Positions 1 through 9,293 of a stretch of DNA of 56,532 bases are shown here, piece by piece. Both the position numbers and the translations under genes were made by a program. The notes below the pieces were generated by a model. That model was not told the DNA's origin and searched no databases. It saw only the letters and a program-made list of their open reading frames with translations. The DNA is taken from assembly GCA_945898515.1 (NCBI GenBank), contig CAMDIH010000004.1, forward strand, positions 1 through 56,532, written 5' to 3'. This DNA comes from Candidatus Neomicrothrix parvicella RN1. Its GTDB lineage: Bacteria; Actinomycetota; Acidimicrobiia; Acidimicrobiales; VFJN01. The first letter of the stretch is position 1; every line of letters starts with the position of its first letter.

Positions 1-581
1 CCGGGCTGATGGATCTTCACGATGAACATCGTGAGACCGCGGTGCTTGGGCACATCCCAGTTCGTGCGGGCCAGGCACAGGGCGTAATCGCTGACGAACG
101 CCGCCGAACTCCAGATCTTGGATCCGTTCATGATGAACAGATCACCGTCTCGGTCCGCTCGCGTGAGGCAGCCCGCCAGATCAGAGCCACCGCTGGGCTC
201 GGAAAGAAACTGCACCCACAACTCCTCCCCCCGCAAAATGGCGGGAAGATGCCGGGCCTTCTGCTCGTGGGTGCCGAAATCGACGAGGGTGGCCGCCAGA
301 ATCCCCAGCGTGGGCACGTTCAGCGACACCGGCATGTCGTAGGGCAGCGACTCCTCACTGAAGGCCAGCTGATATTCCGGAGCTAGCCCGCCGCCGCCGT
401 ATTCGGTGGGGAACCCGATACCGGCGAAACCTCCGTCCCAGAGCGTGCGTTGTAACTCGCGCTCGACCTGCCGGCGGTTGTCGTCGAAGCGATCCGGAAT
501 CGTCCCCGACAATCTCGGCATTGCCCCGGCCAGCCACACCCGCGCCCGTTGCCGAAACTCCTCCACCGACTCGGTGGTCAT
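1..581 (-). CDS. Acyl-CoA dehydrogenase, N-terminal part, runs off the window edge
   Basis: Not in the ORF track. Manual translation from ATG 581, which overlaps the TGA at 578-580 (ATGA): MTTESVEEFRQRARVWLA...LRGEELWVQFLSEPSGGSDLA...NGSKIWSS...KHRGLTMF, the canonical ACAD motifs. Confidence 0.9.
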   Translation of the reverse strand, partial: MTTESVEEFRQRARVWLAGAMPRLSGTIPDRFDDNRRQVERELQRTLWDGGFAGIGFPTEYGGGGLAPEYQLAFSEESLPYDMPVSLNVPTLGILAATLVDFGTHEQKARHLPAILRGEELWVQFLSEPSGGSDLAGCLTRADRDGDLFIMNGSKIWSSAAFVSDYALCLARTNWDVPKHRGLTMFIVKIHQP

Positions 582-1684
582 GACGCCGTTCCCAGCAGTT
601 GCGTGGCAATCCGCTCCGCGTGGTACTCGGGCGTGCCGTGCGTCACGCGGTTCACCGTAGTGCGGCGGAGATAGAGGTGAAGATCGTGCTCCCAGGTAAC
701 CCCGATACCCCCGTGTAACTGCACGCAATCCTGGATCAATTCGGTGGCATGGGGGCCGATCCATGCTTTGGCAGCACTCACGATCTCGCCGGCGGCCGGT
801 GACCCACCGGCCACAGCCCCGGCGGCGGCGGTCATCACGGCGTGGCTGGATTCCAACCACATCTTGTTATCGGCCATCCGATGCTTGAGGGCCTGATAGG
901 AAGCGAGCGGCCGGCCGAAGGAATACCGGTCGCTGAGGTACTCGAGGGTCATCTCGAACACGCGACTCATGGCGCCGACGGTCTCGGCACACTGCAACAC
1001 GCAGGCGATCTGCAGTTGATGCTCAACGGCCGCGGCAGCATCCCCAGCGACCCCGATCCTCTCGGCCGGTGTGGTCACCACCCCATCGAAGTGCACCTCG
1101 GCAAAGCGGCGCACGAGGTCGAGACCCCCGAGGGGGGTGACGGTCACCCTGGGGGCAGCACCGGGAACGAGCACCTGCATGAGACCCCTCGGCGTGCGCG
1201 CCGCCACCAGGAGATGCTGAGCCTGAGCCCCCGCCTCCACCGGCGACACACGGCCCGACAACACCAGGTTCTCGCCTTCGATGACTCCCTCGACGGGGCG
1301 CTCGCCACACCACGCCGCCACCGTTTCGCCACTGAGCAACCCCGGCAGCACCGCCGCCTGCTGAGCGGCCGAGCCACCCGCCGCTACGGCGCTGGCCACC
1401 ACGTTCACTGGCGCGAGCGGACCGGGCGACACCATCCGCCCCATCTCCTCGGCCACCAGCACGAGGTCCATCAGACCCTCGCCGCTCAGGCTGCCCCCGC
1501 CCGCCTCCGCGGGGACCAACAGCGATGTCCAACCCAGTTCAGCCCCCTGCCGCCAATACGGCGCGTCATACCCTGCCGGGGCCGACTCCAGCGAGCGCAC
1601 CACGGGGATCGGACACTCGGCCGAGAGGAACTTTCGGGTGGTCTCCTGAAAGAAGACCTGCTCGTCGCTTGGCGCAAACTCCAC
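578..1684 (-). CDS. Acyl-CoA dehydrogenase, probable non-catalytic partner subunit
   Basis: ORF 578..1741 with FGRPLASYQALKHR and QLHGGIGVTWEHDLHLY. Likely start is GTG 1684 (VEFAPSDEQ), after a GGGAG element. Confidence 0.9.
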   Translation of the reverse strand: MEFAPSDEQVFFQETTRKFLSAECPIPVVRSLESAPAGYDAPYWRQGAELGWTSLLVPAEAGGGSLSGEGLMDLVLVAEEMGRMVSPGPLAPVNVVASAVAAGGSAAQQAAVLPGLLSGETVAAWCGERPVEGVIEGENLVLSGRVSPVEAGAQAQHLLVAARTPRGLMQVLVPGAAPRVTVTPLGGLDLVRRFAEVHFDGVVTTPAERIGVAGDAAAAVEHQLQIACVLQCAETVGAMSRVFEMTLEYLSDRYSFGRPLASYQALKHRMADNKMWLESSHAVMTAAAGAVAGGSPAAGEIVSAAKAWIGPHATELIQDCVQLHGGIGVTWEHDLHLYLRRTTVNRVTHGTPEYHAERIATQLLGTAS

Positions 1685-1742
1685 TCCCACTCCCCTTGCT
1701 GGCGTGCCGTTGGCCGTCGAGAAACCGGAGTGTATGGTCATC

Positions 1743-1756
1743 TAACAGCAATGTCA
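1743..1756. promoter_or_regulatory. Candidate operator site 1 (TAACA-GCAA-TGTCA)
   Basis: Pseudo-palindrome in the divergent ACAD/amidohydrolase spacer; same pattern at six other junctions. Confidence 0.65.
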
Positions 1757-1778
1757 CTTCTGTGTAGGGAGATTCACG

Positions 1779-2972
1779 ATGCCATCTCGTACGTTCGATT
1801 TCCCCGTCTTCGATGCCGACAACCATCTCTACGAAACCACCGATGCCCTCACCAAGTTCCTCCCTCCCACCTATGCCGGGGTCATTCGCTACGTCGATGT
1901 AAACGGACGAACGAAGATCACGGTGAAGGGGCGGATCAGTGAGTACATCCCCAATCCCACCTTCGAACGCGTAGCGGCGCCGGGCGCACAGGAGGAGTAC
2001 TTCAAGACGGGGAACCCCGAGGGCAAAACCCGGCGCGAGATCATGGGTCGGGCCATCGATGCGCCGGCCGCCTTTCGCGAACCCGGTGCCCGTCTCGAAT
2101 TGATGGACGAACTCGGCCTCGACCGCGCCCTCATGTGGCCCACCCTGGCCAGTCTTGTGGAAGAACGCCTACGCGACGACCCCGATGCCACCCACGCCGT
2201 GGTGCACGCCCTCAACGAGTGGATGCACGAGACGTGGACGTTCAACTACGAAAACCGCATCTTCCCCACCCCCGTCATCACCCTGCCGATCCTGGCGGAG
2301 GCCATCAAGGAACTGGAGTGGGTGACTGAGCGAGGCGCCAAGATCATCCTCGTCCGGCCAGCCCCCGTGCCGGGATTTCGCGGCCCCCGCTCCTTTGCCC
2401 TCCCCGAGTTCGACCCCTTCTGGGAGTTGGTCCAGGAGCGTGGCGTGGTGGTGGGCATGCACGCCTCCGATAGCGGCTACCAGCGCTACCTCAACGAATG
2501 GGAGGGCGTGCGCGACGACGAGTTCACACCCTTCCAGGGGGGCTCGGGCTTTGCCGCCATCACCGGGGCCGGTCACCGCTCCATCATCGATACCATCGCC
2601 TCGGCGATCGGCCACGGCCTCTGCACTCGATTCCCCGGCCTCAAGATCGCACCGGTGGAGAACGGCAGCGGGTGGGTGCGCCCCCTCCTCGCCGACATGG
2701 CCCAGGCCTATGCCTTCAGCCCCCACCTCTTCCCGGAAGACCCCGTGGCGGTATTCAAGCGCAACATTTTTGTGCACCCGTTCCACGAGGATGACCCCCA
2801 AGGGTTGGTCGACCTCCTCGGCAGCGACAACATCCTCTTCGGCTCCGACTACCCGCACCCCGAGGGGATGGCCGACCCCCTCAGTTTCGCCGACGACCTC
2901 GAAGGCCTGCCCCACGACGTGATCGCCAAGATCATGGGTGGCAACCTGTCCCGGTTGATGCAGATGACCTAA
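1779..2972 (+). CDS. Amidohydrolase-2 family protein (~400 aa class)
   Basis: N-terminal FDADNH, LMDELGLD, C-terminal LFGSDYPHPEG and GGN; GGGAG upstream. Confidence 0.9.
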   Translation: MPSRTFDFPVFDADNHLYETTDALTKFLPPTYAGVIRYVDVNGRTKITVKGRISEYIPNPTFERVAAPGAQEEYFKTGNPEGKTRREIMGRAIDAPAAFREPGARLELMDELGLDRALMWPTLASLVEERLRDDPDATHAVVHALNEWMHETWTFNYENRIFPTPVITLPILAEAIKELEWVTERGAKIILVRPAPVPGFRGPRSFALPEFDPFWELVQERGVVVGMHASDSGYQRYLNEWEGVRDDEFTPFQGGSGFAAITGAGHRSIIDTIASAIGHGLCTRFPGLKIAPVENGSGWVRPLLADMAQAYAFSPHLFPEDPVAVFKRNIFVHPFHEDDPQGLVDLLGSDNILFGSDYPHPEGMADPLSFADDLEGLPHDVIAKIMGGNLSRLMQMT

Positions 2973-3080
2973 CCCACCCCCCAACCATGGGCCCCTCGCC
3001 AGTGTCGGGGCCTAGGAGGTGGACCGAGACATGATCACCAGGACCGGCGCGTCGACGGGTTGCAAGGAGGGGAGCCAACC

Positions 3081-4610
3081 ATGACATTCCCAGGCACCCA
3101 CGCCATCACCCAGCCCGACCACCCCGCGGTCATCATGGCCCCCAGCGGCGAAGTGGTGACCTACCGCCAACTCGACGAACGATCGAACCAGTTGGCCCAT
3201 CTTTGGTACGAACGAGGCCTGCGACCCGGCGACCACATCGCCATCCTCCTGGAGAACCACCCCCGTTATTTCGACGTGGTGTGGGCGGCGCTTCGTTCAG
3301 GCCTCTACTTCACCCCGGTGAACTGGCATCTCACCGGCGCTGAGGTGACCTACATCATCCACGACTGCGGTGCCCGAGTGGTGGTTACCGCGGCGACGAT
3401 GGCGGAGCGCGTAGCCGGGGTGCGGGTGGAGATCCCCCTCGTGATAGACGGCGACATCCCGGGCTGGGAACGCTACGACGACGCGGTGGCCTCCCAGCCC
3501 ACCACGCCGTTAGCCCACCAGCCCGACGGCACCGGGATGTACTACTCCTCCGGCACCACCGGGAAGCCCAAGGGCATCGTGTTCCCACCCTCAAACCGCA
3601 TGGTCTTCGACGAGCACCCGGTGCTGGCCCACAAGACCCCGTTGACCAACGGGCCCGAGGACATCTACCTCTCCCCCGCCCCGCTCTACCACACGGCCCC
3701 ACTGGCCACCTGCACGTTTGTTCACCGCGCCGGCGGTACCGCGGTGGTCATGGAACGGTGGGATCCCCTGGCCTGCCTAGAGGCCATCGAGCACTATGGC
3801 GTCACCAGCGTGCAGTTCGTGCCCACGATGTTCGTACGCCTGTTGAAACTCCCCCCCACCCAGCGCCTGGGCTACGACCTGTCGACCTTGCGCGTCGTAA
3901 CCCACGCGGCGGCCCCCTGCCCGGTGGGGATCAAAGAGCAGATGATGGACTGGTTCGGCCCAATCATCTGGGAGTACTACGCCGGCTCCGAGAACGTGGG
4001 TTCCACGCTGATCAGCCCGCAGGATTGGCTCAGCCATCCCGGATCAGTAGGACGACCCCAGTTCACCACCGTGCACATCTGCGACGACGACCACCAGGAG
4101 TTGCCAGCGGGCCAGGTCGGCAACATCTGGTTCGACACCCCCGGGGCCCAGTTCGAGTACCACGGGGATCCCGCCAAGACCGCGGCCGCCCGCAGTGCGG
4201 AGGGATGGTTCAACCTCGGTGATGTGGGCTACCTCGACGACGACGGGTACCTCTACCTCACCGATCGCCAGTCGTTCATGATCATCTCCGGTGGGGTGAA
4301 CATCTACCCGCAAGAGGCGGAGAACATCCTGATCCTGCACCCCGCGGTGGCCGACGCGGCGGTGATCGGAGTACCCAACGACGAGTTTGGCGAGGAGGTC
4401 AAGGGCATCGTGCAACTCCTCGACTCCACGGCGGCCTCGCCGGCGATGGAAGCCGACCTGCTGGCCTTCTGTCGCCAGCATCTCGCCGCCTTCAAGTGCC
4501 CGCGCACCATCGACTTCGAAGCCGAACTCCCCCGGCAAGACACGGGAAAGCTGTACAAGCGATTGCTGAAAGACCGCTACTGGGGCGACCGCTCCTCTCG
4601 CATCGTGTAG
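3081..4610 (+). CDS. Acyl-CoA synthetase (AMP-forming)
   Basis: YSSGTTGKPKG P-loop, EYYAGSE, LGDVGYLDDDGYLYLTDR, ISGGVNIYP, TGKL. Start moved to ATG 3081 after AGGAGG. Confidence 0.92.
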   Translation: MTFPGTHAITQPDHPAVIMAPSGEVVTYRQLDERSNQLAHLWYERGLRPGDHIAILLENHPRYFDVVWAALRSGLYFTPVNWHLTGAEVTYIIHDCGARVVVTAATMAERVAGVRVEIPLVIDGDIPGWERYDDAVASQPTTPLAHQPDGTGMYYSSGTTGKPKGIVFPPSNRMVFDEHPVLAHKTPLTNGPEDIYLSPAPLYHTAPLATCTFVHRAGGTAVVMERWDPLACLEAIEHYGVTSVQFVPTMFVRLLKLPPTQRLGYDLSTLRVVTHAAAPCPVGIKEQMMDWFGPIIWEYYAGSENVGSTLISPQDWLSHPGSVGRPQFTTVHICDDDHQELPAGQVGNIWFDTPGAQFEYHGDPAKTAAARSAEGWFNLGDVGYLDDDGYLYLTDRQSFMIISGGVNIYPQEAENILILHPAVADAAVIGVPNDEFGEEVKGIVQLLDSTAASPAMEADLLAFCRQHLAAFKCPRTIDFEAELPRQDTGKLYKRLLKDRYWGDRSSRIV

Positions 4611-4625
4611 GACACAGGCAACCCC

Positions 4626-6275
4626 ATGACCCCGCGCACGCCCTTCTTCCCCCCGTTCATCCCCACCAGCGGTGCCCTCATCCGCGCCAGCGCCCAGCAG
4701 TGGGGGCCCAAGACCCTGGCGGTGCTCGGTGACCAGCGCCTGTCCTACGCCGAAGTCGACGAGCGCTCGGCCCGCCTGGCGCGCGGGCTCCTGGCGGCCG
4801 GGGCGGGCAAAGGCACCCGGGTGGGCCTGCTGGCCGGCAACAGCCCCGAGTGGATCATCGGGTGGCTGGGGATCACCCGCATCGGCGCGGTAGCGATCCT
4901 GCTGAACACCTACAACAAGGCCGCCGAGTTGGGCTCGGTGCTACGCCACGCCGATGCCCAGATGTTGCTCACCGTGGACCACCACCTCGGGCACGACTAC
5001 CTCGACCGCCTCGAAACGGCGATCCCCGGGCTAACCGAACAACCCGCCGAGCGCATCTTCCTCGAGTCGCACCCCTACCTCCGCAGTGTGTGGACCTGGG
5101 GCGAGGCCCGACCACCATGGGCAATGCCCATGACCCTGCTCGAGGATCGGGCCGATGCCGTGAGCGAAGGCCTCCTGCGCCAGTGCGAGTCCGAGGTCAC
5201 CCCTGCCGACCCAATGCTGGTGGTGTATTCCTCGGGAAGCACCGCCGATCCGAAAGGGGCGATCCATTCCCACGGAGCCACCGTGCGCCATGCCCACAAC
5301 CTGTGGCAGATGCGTGATCTCATCGACCGCGACGTGCTCTACACCCCCATGCCGCTGTTCTGGGTAGGTGGCTTCAGTTTTACCCTCGTCGCCGCACTGC
5401 ATGCCGGAGCCACCCTGGTGTTCGAAGAACAGTTCGATCCGGAGACCACCCTGGCGCTCATCGAGCAGGAGCGGATCACCCAAGTGCTCGGCTGGCCCCA
5501 CATGGCCAAAGCCCTCGTCGACCACCCCAGTTTCGCCGAGCGCGACCTCTCGAGCCTGCGGTCGGGCTCCTACGCCGCCTTGCTCCCCCAGGCCGCTCAA
5601 GCCGCCGCCGAAGTGCCCAAGGCCAACTCCCTGGGCATGACCGAAACGCTCGGACCGCACACCTTCGACGCCAAAGACCATCCGCTCCCCCCCGACAAGG
5701 AAGGGTCCTTCGGCTTTCCGGTGCCGGGTATGGAACACAAGATCGTGGACGTCGTCACCCTCGAGGACGTTCCCGTAGGCCAAAGTGGCGAGTTGTGGCT
5801 ACGCGGCTATTCCCTCATGTTGGGGCTCCACAAGACGGAGCGAGACCACACCTTCACCCCCGATGGCTGGTACCGCACCGGCGACGGAGGCCACTTCGAT
5901 GCCGATGGCCACTTCTATTTCACCGGGCGCCTGGGCGATCTCATCAAGTCATCCGGTATGAACATCACGCCGCGCGATGTGGAACTGGTGCTCGAAACAA
6001 TGCCCGAGGTCACCATGGCCTTCGTCACTGGCGTACCGCACGCGGTGCGCGGCCAGGATGTGGTGGCGGCCATTGCCCTGCGACCTGATGCCACCCTGGC
6101 CCCCGACGAGGCCCGCCGCCGGGTGAAAGAGTTGATCGCCTCCTACAAGGTGCCTCGCCACATCGAGGTATTCGCCGACCAAACCGACTTGCCCTGGCTC
6201 GACTCCGGCAAGATCGACCGTCGTCGCCTCACCGCCCTTCTCGAAGAGCGCCACGCCGAGGCCAACGAACCCTGA
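4626..6275 (+). CDS. Acyl-CoA synthetase (AMP-forming)
   Basis: YSSGSTADPKG, LGMTET, YRTGD, SGKID. Confidence 0.92.
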   Translation: MTPRTPFFPPFIPTSGALIRASAQQWGPKTLAVLGDQRLSYAEVDERSARLARGLLAAGAGKGTRVGLLAGNSPEWIIGWLGITRIGAVAILLNTYNKAAELGSVLRHADAQMLLTVDHHLGHDYLDRLETAIPGLTEQPAERIFLESHPYLRSVWTWGEARPPWAMPMTLLEDRADAVSEGLLRQCESEVTPADPMLVVYSSGSTADPKGAIHSHGATVRHAHNLWQMRDLIDRDVLYTPMPLFWVGGFSFTLVAALHAGATLVFEEQFDPETTLALIEQERITQVLGWPHMAKALVDHPSFAERDLSSLRSGSYAALLPQAAQAAAEVPKANSLGMTETLGPHTFDAKDHPLPPDKEGSFGFPVPGMEHKIVDVVTLEDVPVGQSGELWLRGYSLMLGLHKTERDHTFTPDGWYRTGDGGHFDADGHFYFTGRLGDLIKSSGMNITPRDVELVLETMPEVTMAFVTGVPHAVRGQDVVAAIALRPDATLAPDEARRRVKELIASYKVPRHIEVFADQTDLPWLDSGKIDRRRLTALLEERHAEANEP

Positions 6276-7471
6276 TGGAGTTCGATCCCCTCAGCACCGA
6301 GTTCTTCGAGAACCCGTGGGAGATGTACCGGTGGTTGCGCAACGACGCCCCCGTGTACCACAACGAGAAGATCGGCTTCTGGGCCGTCTCGCGTTACGAC
6401 GACTGTGTGGAGGTGCACCGGGATGTCGCCACCTACACCTCTACCCGCGGACTCAACCTGGCGCAGTTGTGCAGCGCCGAGTTCGGGGCGGTCGCCCACA
6501 CCACCGGCATGATGATCATGACCGACCCGCCGATGCACGAGAGGCTCCGCAAACTGGTGAACAGGGCCTTCACCCCCCGCCGCATCGCCGAGTGGGAACC
6601 CGTCGTGCGCGAGGTGATCGATACCCTCCTCGACACCCTGGCCGACCATCAGAGTTTTGACGCCGTGCACGACTTCGCCGGGCCATTCCCGGTGGAGGTC
6701 ATCTGCACGATCCTGGGGGTGCCCGCAGGCGACCGCCAGCAGATCCGCCACTGGACCGACCGTATGCTCGAACTCGAACTGGGCAGCCCCTTCCCCACCC
6801 CCGCGGGGATCGAAGCGGTGATGGCCCTCAGTCAATACACGCAGGATCTGGTGGCCGATAAACGCGCCCATCCCTCCGACGACATGATCGGACACCTCAT
6901 CGAAGCCCAGGTGGAGCGGCCGGATGGGACGGTGGAGCACCTCACCGACGTAGAGATCAGCCACTTCATCTCCCTGCTCACGGCGGCGGGTAGCGAGACC
7001 GTGACCAAACTGGTGGGCAGCGGCATCATGACCTTCGCCGAGCACCCCGCCGAGTTGGCTCGACTGCAGGCCGATCCGACCTTGGCCGCGCCGGCGGTGG
7101 AGGAAGTGCTGCGCTGGCGGGCCCCCTCGCAGTACCAGGGGCGCTACTCCCTCCACGACCGCTCCTTCCACGGGGTCACCATTCCCGCCCAGCAGCCCGT
7201 GCTGATCGTGACCGGCGCCGCCAACCGTGACGAGCGGGCCTACCCCGACCCCGACCGCTTCGACATCACCCGCTCAGGACCGCTGGGGATTTCCTTCGGG
7301 CACGGCATCCACTACTGCATCGGGGCGCACCTCGCCCGGCTCGAAGGCACCTACGCTTTCACCGAGTTCTACCGGCGCTGGCCCCACCTGCAGGTAGACC
7401 TCGAGGCGGTGCAGTACGTCCACATGGCCAATGTGGCTGGGCCATCATCGGTCCCGGTCACCGTCCGTTAG
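6275..7471 (+). CDS. Cytochrome P450
   Basis: AGSET I-helix motif, EEVLR (ExxR), heme motif FGHGIHYCIG; TGATG coupling to the upstream gene. Confidence 0.95.
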   Translation: MEFDPLSTEFFENPWEMYRWLRNDAPVYHNEKIGFWAVSRYDDCVEVHRDVATYTSTRGLNLAQLCSAEFGAVAHTTGMMIMTDPPMHERLRKLVNRAFTPRRIAEWEPVVREVIDTLLDTLADHQSFDAVHDFAGPFPVEVICTILGVPAGDRQQIRHWTDRMLELELGSPFPTPAGIEAVMALSQYTQDLVADKRAHPSDDMIGHLIEAQVERPDGTVEHLTDVEISHFISLLTAAGSETVTKLVGSGIMTFAEHPAELARLQADPTLAAPAVEEVLRWRAPSQYQGRYSLHDRSFHGVTIPAQQPVLIVTGAANRDERAYPDPDRFDITRSGPLGISFGHGIHYCIGAHLARLEGTYAFTEFYRRWPHLQVDLEAVQYVHMANVAGPSSVPVTVR

Positions 7472-7482
7472 GAGATCAGCCC

Positions 7483-7791
7483 ATGGAACTTCGCCCCGGT
7501 CTGCGCCTCGAGAGCACCACCTGCGACACCCAGGTGGTGGTGGTCAAGAGCCCGAAGGAGGCTGTCGAGATTGATCTGCGCTGCGGCGGTGCCTCCATGG
7601 CTCCCTTCGGCAGCGGCCTCGACCGCCAACCCCGCACCGCCGAAGGCGACGCCGCTTTACTGGGGAAGCGTTACGCCGACGACGACCTCGGCCTCGAACT
7701 CCTCTGCACCCAGGGTGGCGAGGGCCCCCTGTCGATCGGCGACGAACCACTGTTCATCAAAGGCACCAAGCCTCTGCCGTCCTCGGACTAG
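7483..7791 (+). CDS. Small conserved-looking hypothetical protein (102 aa, 3 Cys, internal two-fold repeat)
   Basis: AGGAG ribosome-binding site, operonic position after the P450, ends KPLPSSD. Confidence 0.8.
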   Translation: MELRPGLRLESTTCDTQVVVVKSPKEAVEIDLRCGGASMAPFGSGLDRQPRTAEGDAALLGKRYADDDLGLELLCTQGGEGPLSIGDEPLFIKGTKPLPSSD

Positions 7792-7808
7792 CCCACCAAC
7801 CGTGGCCG

Positions 7809-8237
7809 TCAGGCCGGCCGGGGAGTGACCACGGTGAAGGCCAGTTGGCACGCCGCCGCCAGCGGACCGTCGCGCTCGTCGTACACCTCTACCCGCACCA
7901 CCACCGCCCGCGTTCCGCGGCGCAACACGTGACCGACCACGTGCGCCGTGGTCGTTACCGGACCGAGGTAGTGCAGGGTCATATCGCTGGTCACCACGAT
8001 GCTCTGCGTATCCAGACCCATCATGGCGATGCGGCCACCGACGAGGTCGGCCAACGTGGCGACGAGCCCTCCATGCAGGGCCCGACGCGGGCCGGTGAGG
8101 TATTCCGTGATCGGCAACTCCACCGCTAGGTCCGCCCCGGCCACCTCCACATCGGTAGTCGCAAACCCGCTCAAGAGATGGTGACCCGAGGCCAACACCG
8201 CCTTGTGTCGCGCAATATCAGCGGCCACGTCGCTCAT
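7809..8237 (-). CDS. PaaI-family hot-dog thioesterase
   Basis: LHGGLVATLAD motif, VTSDMTLHYL; AAGGAG upstream. Confidence 0.88.
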   Translation of the reverse strand: MSDVAADIARHKAVLASGHHLLSGFATTDVEVAGADLAVELPITEYLTGPRRALHGGLVATLADLVGGRIAMMGLDTQSIVVTSDMTLHYLGPVTTTAHVVGHVLRRGTRAVVVRVEVYDERDGPLAAACQLAFTVVTPRPA

Positions 8238-8294
8238 GGATACTCCTTGCCAGAGTGGGGGGACACGGTTGCCGCCATCAGCCGACCTGCGTCC

Positions 8295-9293
8295 TCAGTG
8301 CAGCGCGGCGGCCAGAGGCACGATACCCGCCAATGAGCGCAAGACATCGTTGAGATGCGTGCAGGTGGTGAGACCGGAAAACTCGGTGCGTACCTTCCGC
8401 GACAGATCCGCCGTCGACGCCCCCACAATCCGCCCGGCGCTCGCCAACGCCCGGGGGCACTCGGGCCAGGGCAAGGTACGGGCCACCGCCTCCGACGACA
8501 GCACCACCAGGTCCTGGGGGTCGAAGGTAGCGGCCAGGGTGTACTCGTGCAGCACATCCTCGGCGGCATCGAGCCCCATATGACTGTCGCGGAAATGAAC
8601 GTCGAGCAACAGCACCTCGCCGGCGGTGAGATCGAGACGGCGACGGCGACGAACCGAGCGCGGATCCATCGGCTCCATGTCGTGCCAGGCCAACGGATCA
8701 TCCGACGACGACAAATCCGGGGCCGGTGGGCCCACCGGGATCGGAAAAATACCGGTGGATTCGAGGGTCCCGAGCATGGTGGCACCCCGCTCCCATCCGG
8801 CGCACAAATCGGCCAGTCCCTCGGCGCTGGATGCGGGTATCTGCCAATCGTCGTCCATCTCGCGTGCGGATCCGTAACTGGAGATCAACGCCGACATGGG
8901 TAGGTCGTCGAGGAGTTGATACAGCACCGTGGCCCCGGTCCGATGACTGTCCAGTCCCTCGTCCAGACGCCGTCGAAACCCCTGGCTGGTGTGGGCTCCA
9001 ATGAGCGACGCCACCGACGCGACGGGGGGATCCGTCTCGATCGCAGCGATGTGGCCGGTGGCGTCGATGGCCACCCGCACCTTCATCTCATCCACCACCA
9101 CCACCGTGCCGTCGGCCTTGGTCAATAGATCACGGCCCGCCGCCACCACCACCGTCGGCTCACCTGGTTCCCCTCGGCGCTGGTCGATCGTGGTGGTGCG
9201 CCGCACCGAGGGGCGTTGGCGCGCCGGCGTGCCCGAGAGCGGATGGCGCGGCCCGGTAGGCAGCGATGCCACCAAGATCGAACGCGCCGTCAT
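8295..9293 (-). CDS. DUF2889-like protein of unknown function
   Basis: RRRRRLD, HFRDSH, HEY, LPWPECP and CTHLND motifs that I associate with DUF2889; ATGA coupling. Confidence 0.75.
   Translation of the reverse strand: MTARSILVASLPTGPRHPLSGTPARQRPSVRRTTTIDQRRGEPGEPTVVVAAGRDLLTKADGTVVVVDEMKVRVAIDATGHIAAIETDPPVASVASLIGAHTSQGFRRRLDEGLDSHRTGATVLYQLLDDLPMSALISSYGSAREMDDDWQIPASSAEGLADLCAGWERGATMLGTLESTGIFPIPVGPPAPDLSSSDDPLAWHDMEPMDPRSVRRRRRLDLTAGEVLLLDVHFRDSHMGLDAAEDVLHEYTLAATFDPQDLVVLSSEAVARTLPWPECPRALASAGRIVGASTADLSRKVRTEFSGLTTCTHLNDVLRSLAGIVPLAAALH

Noticed and set aside
3081-7471. Secondary-metabolite cluster (adenylation enzymes plus P450)
   Set aside because: No carrier protein, condensation or ketosynthase domain or exporter was seen; the overall content is degradative.
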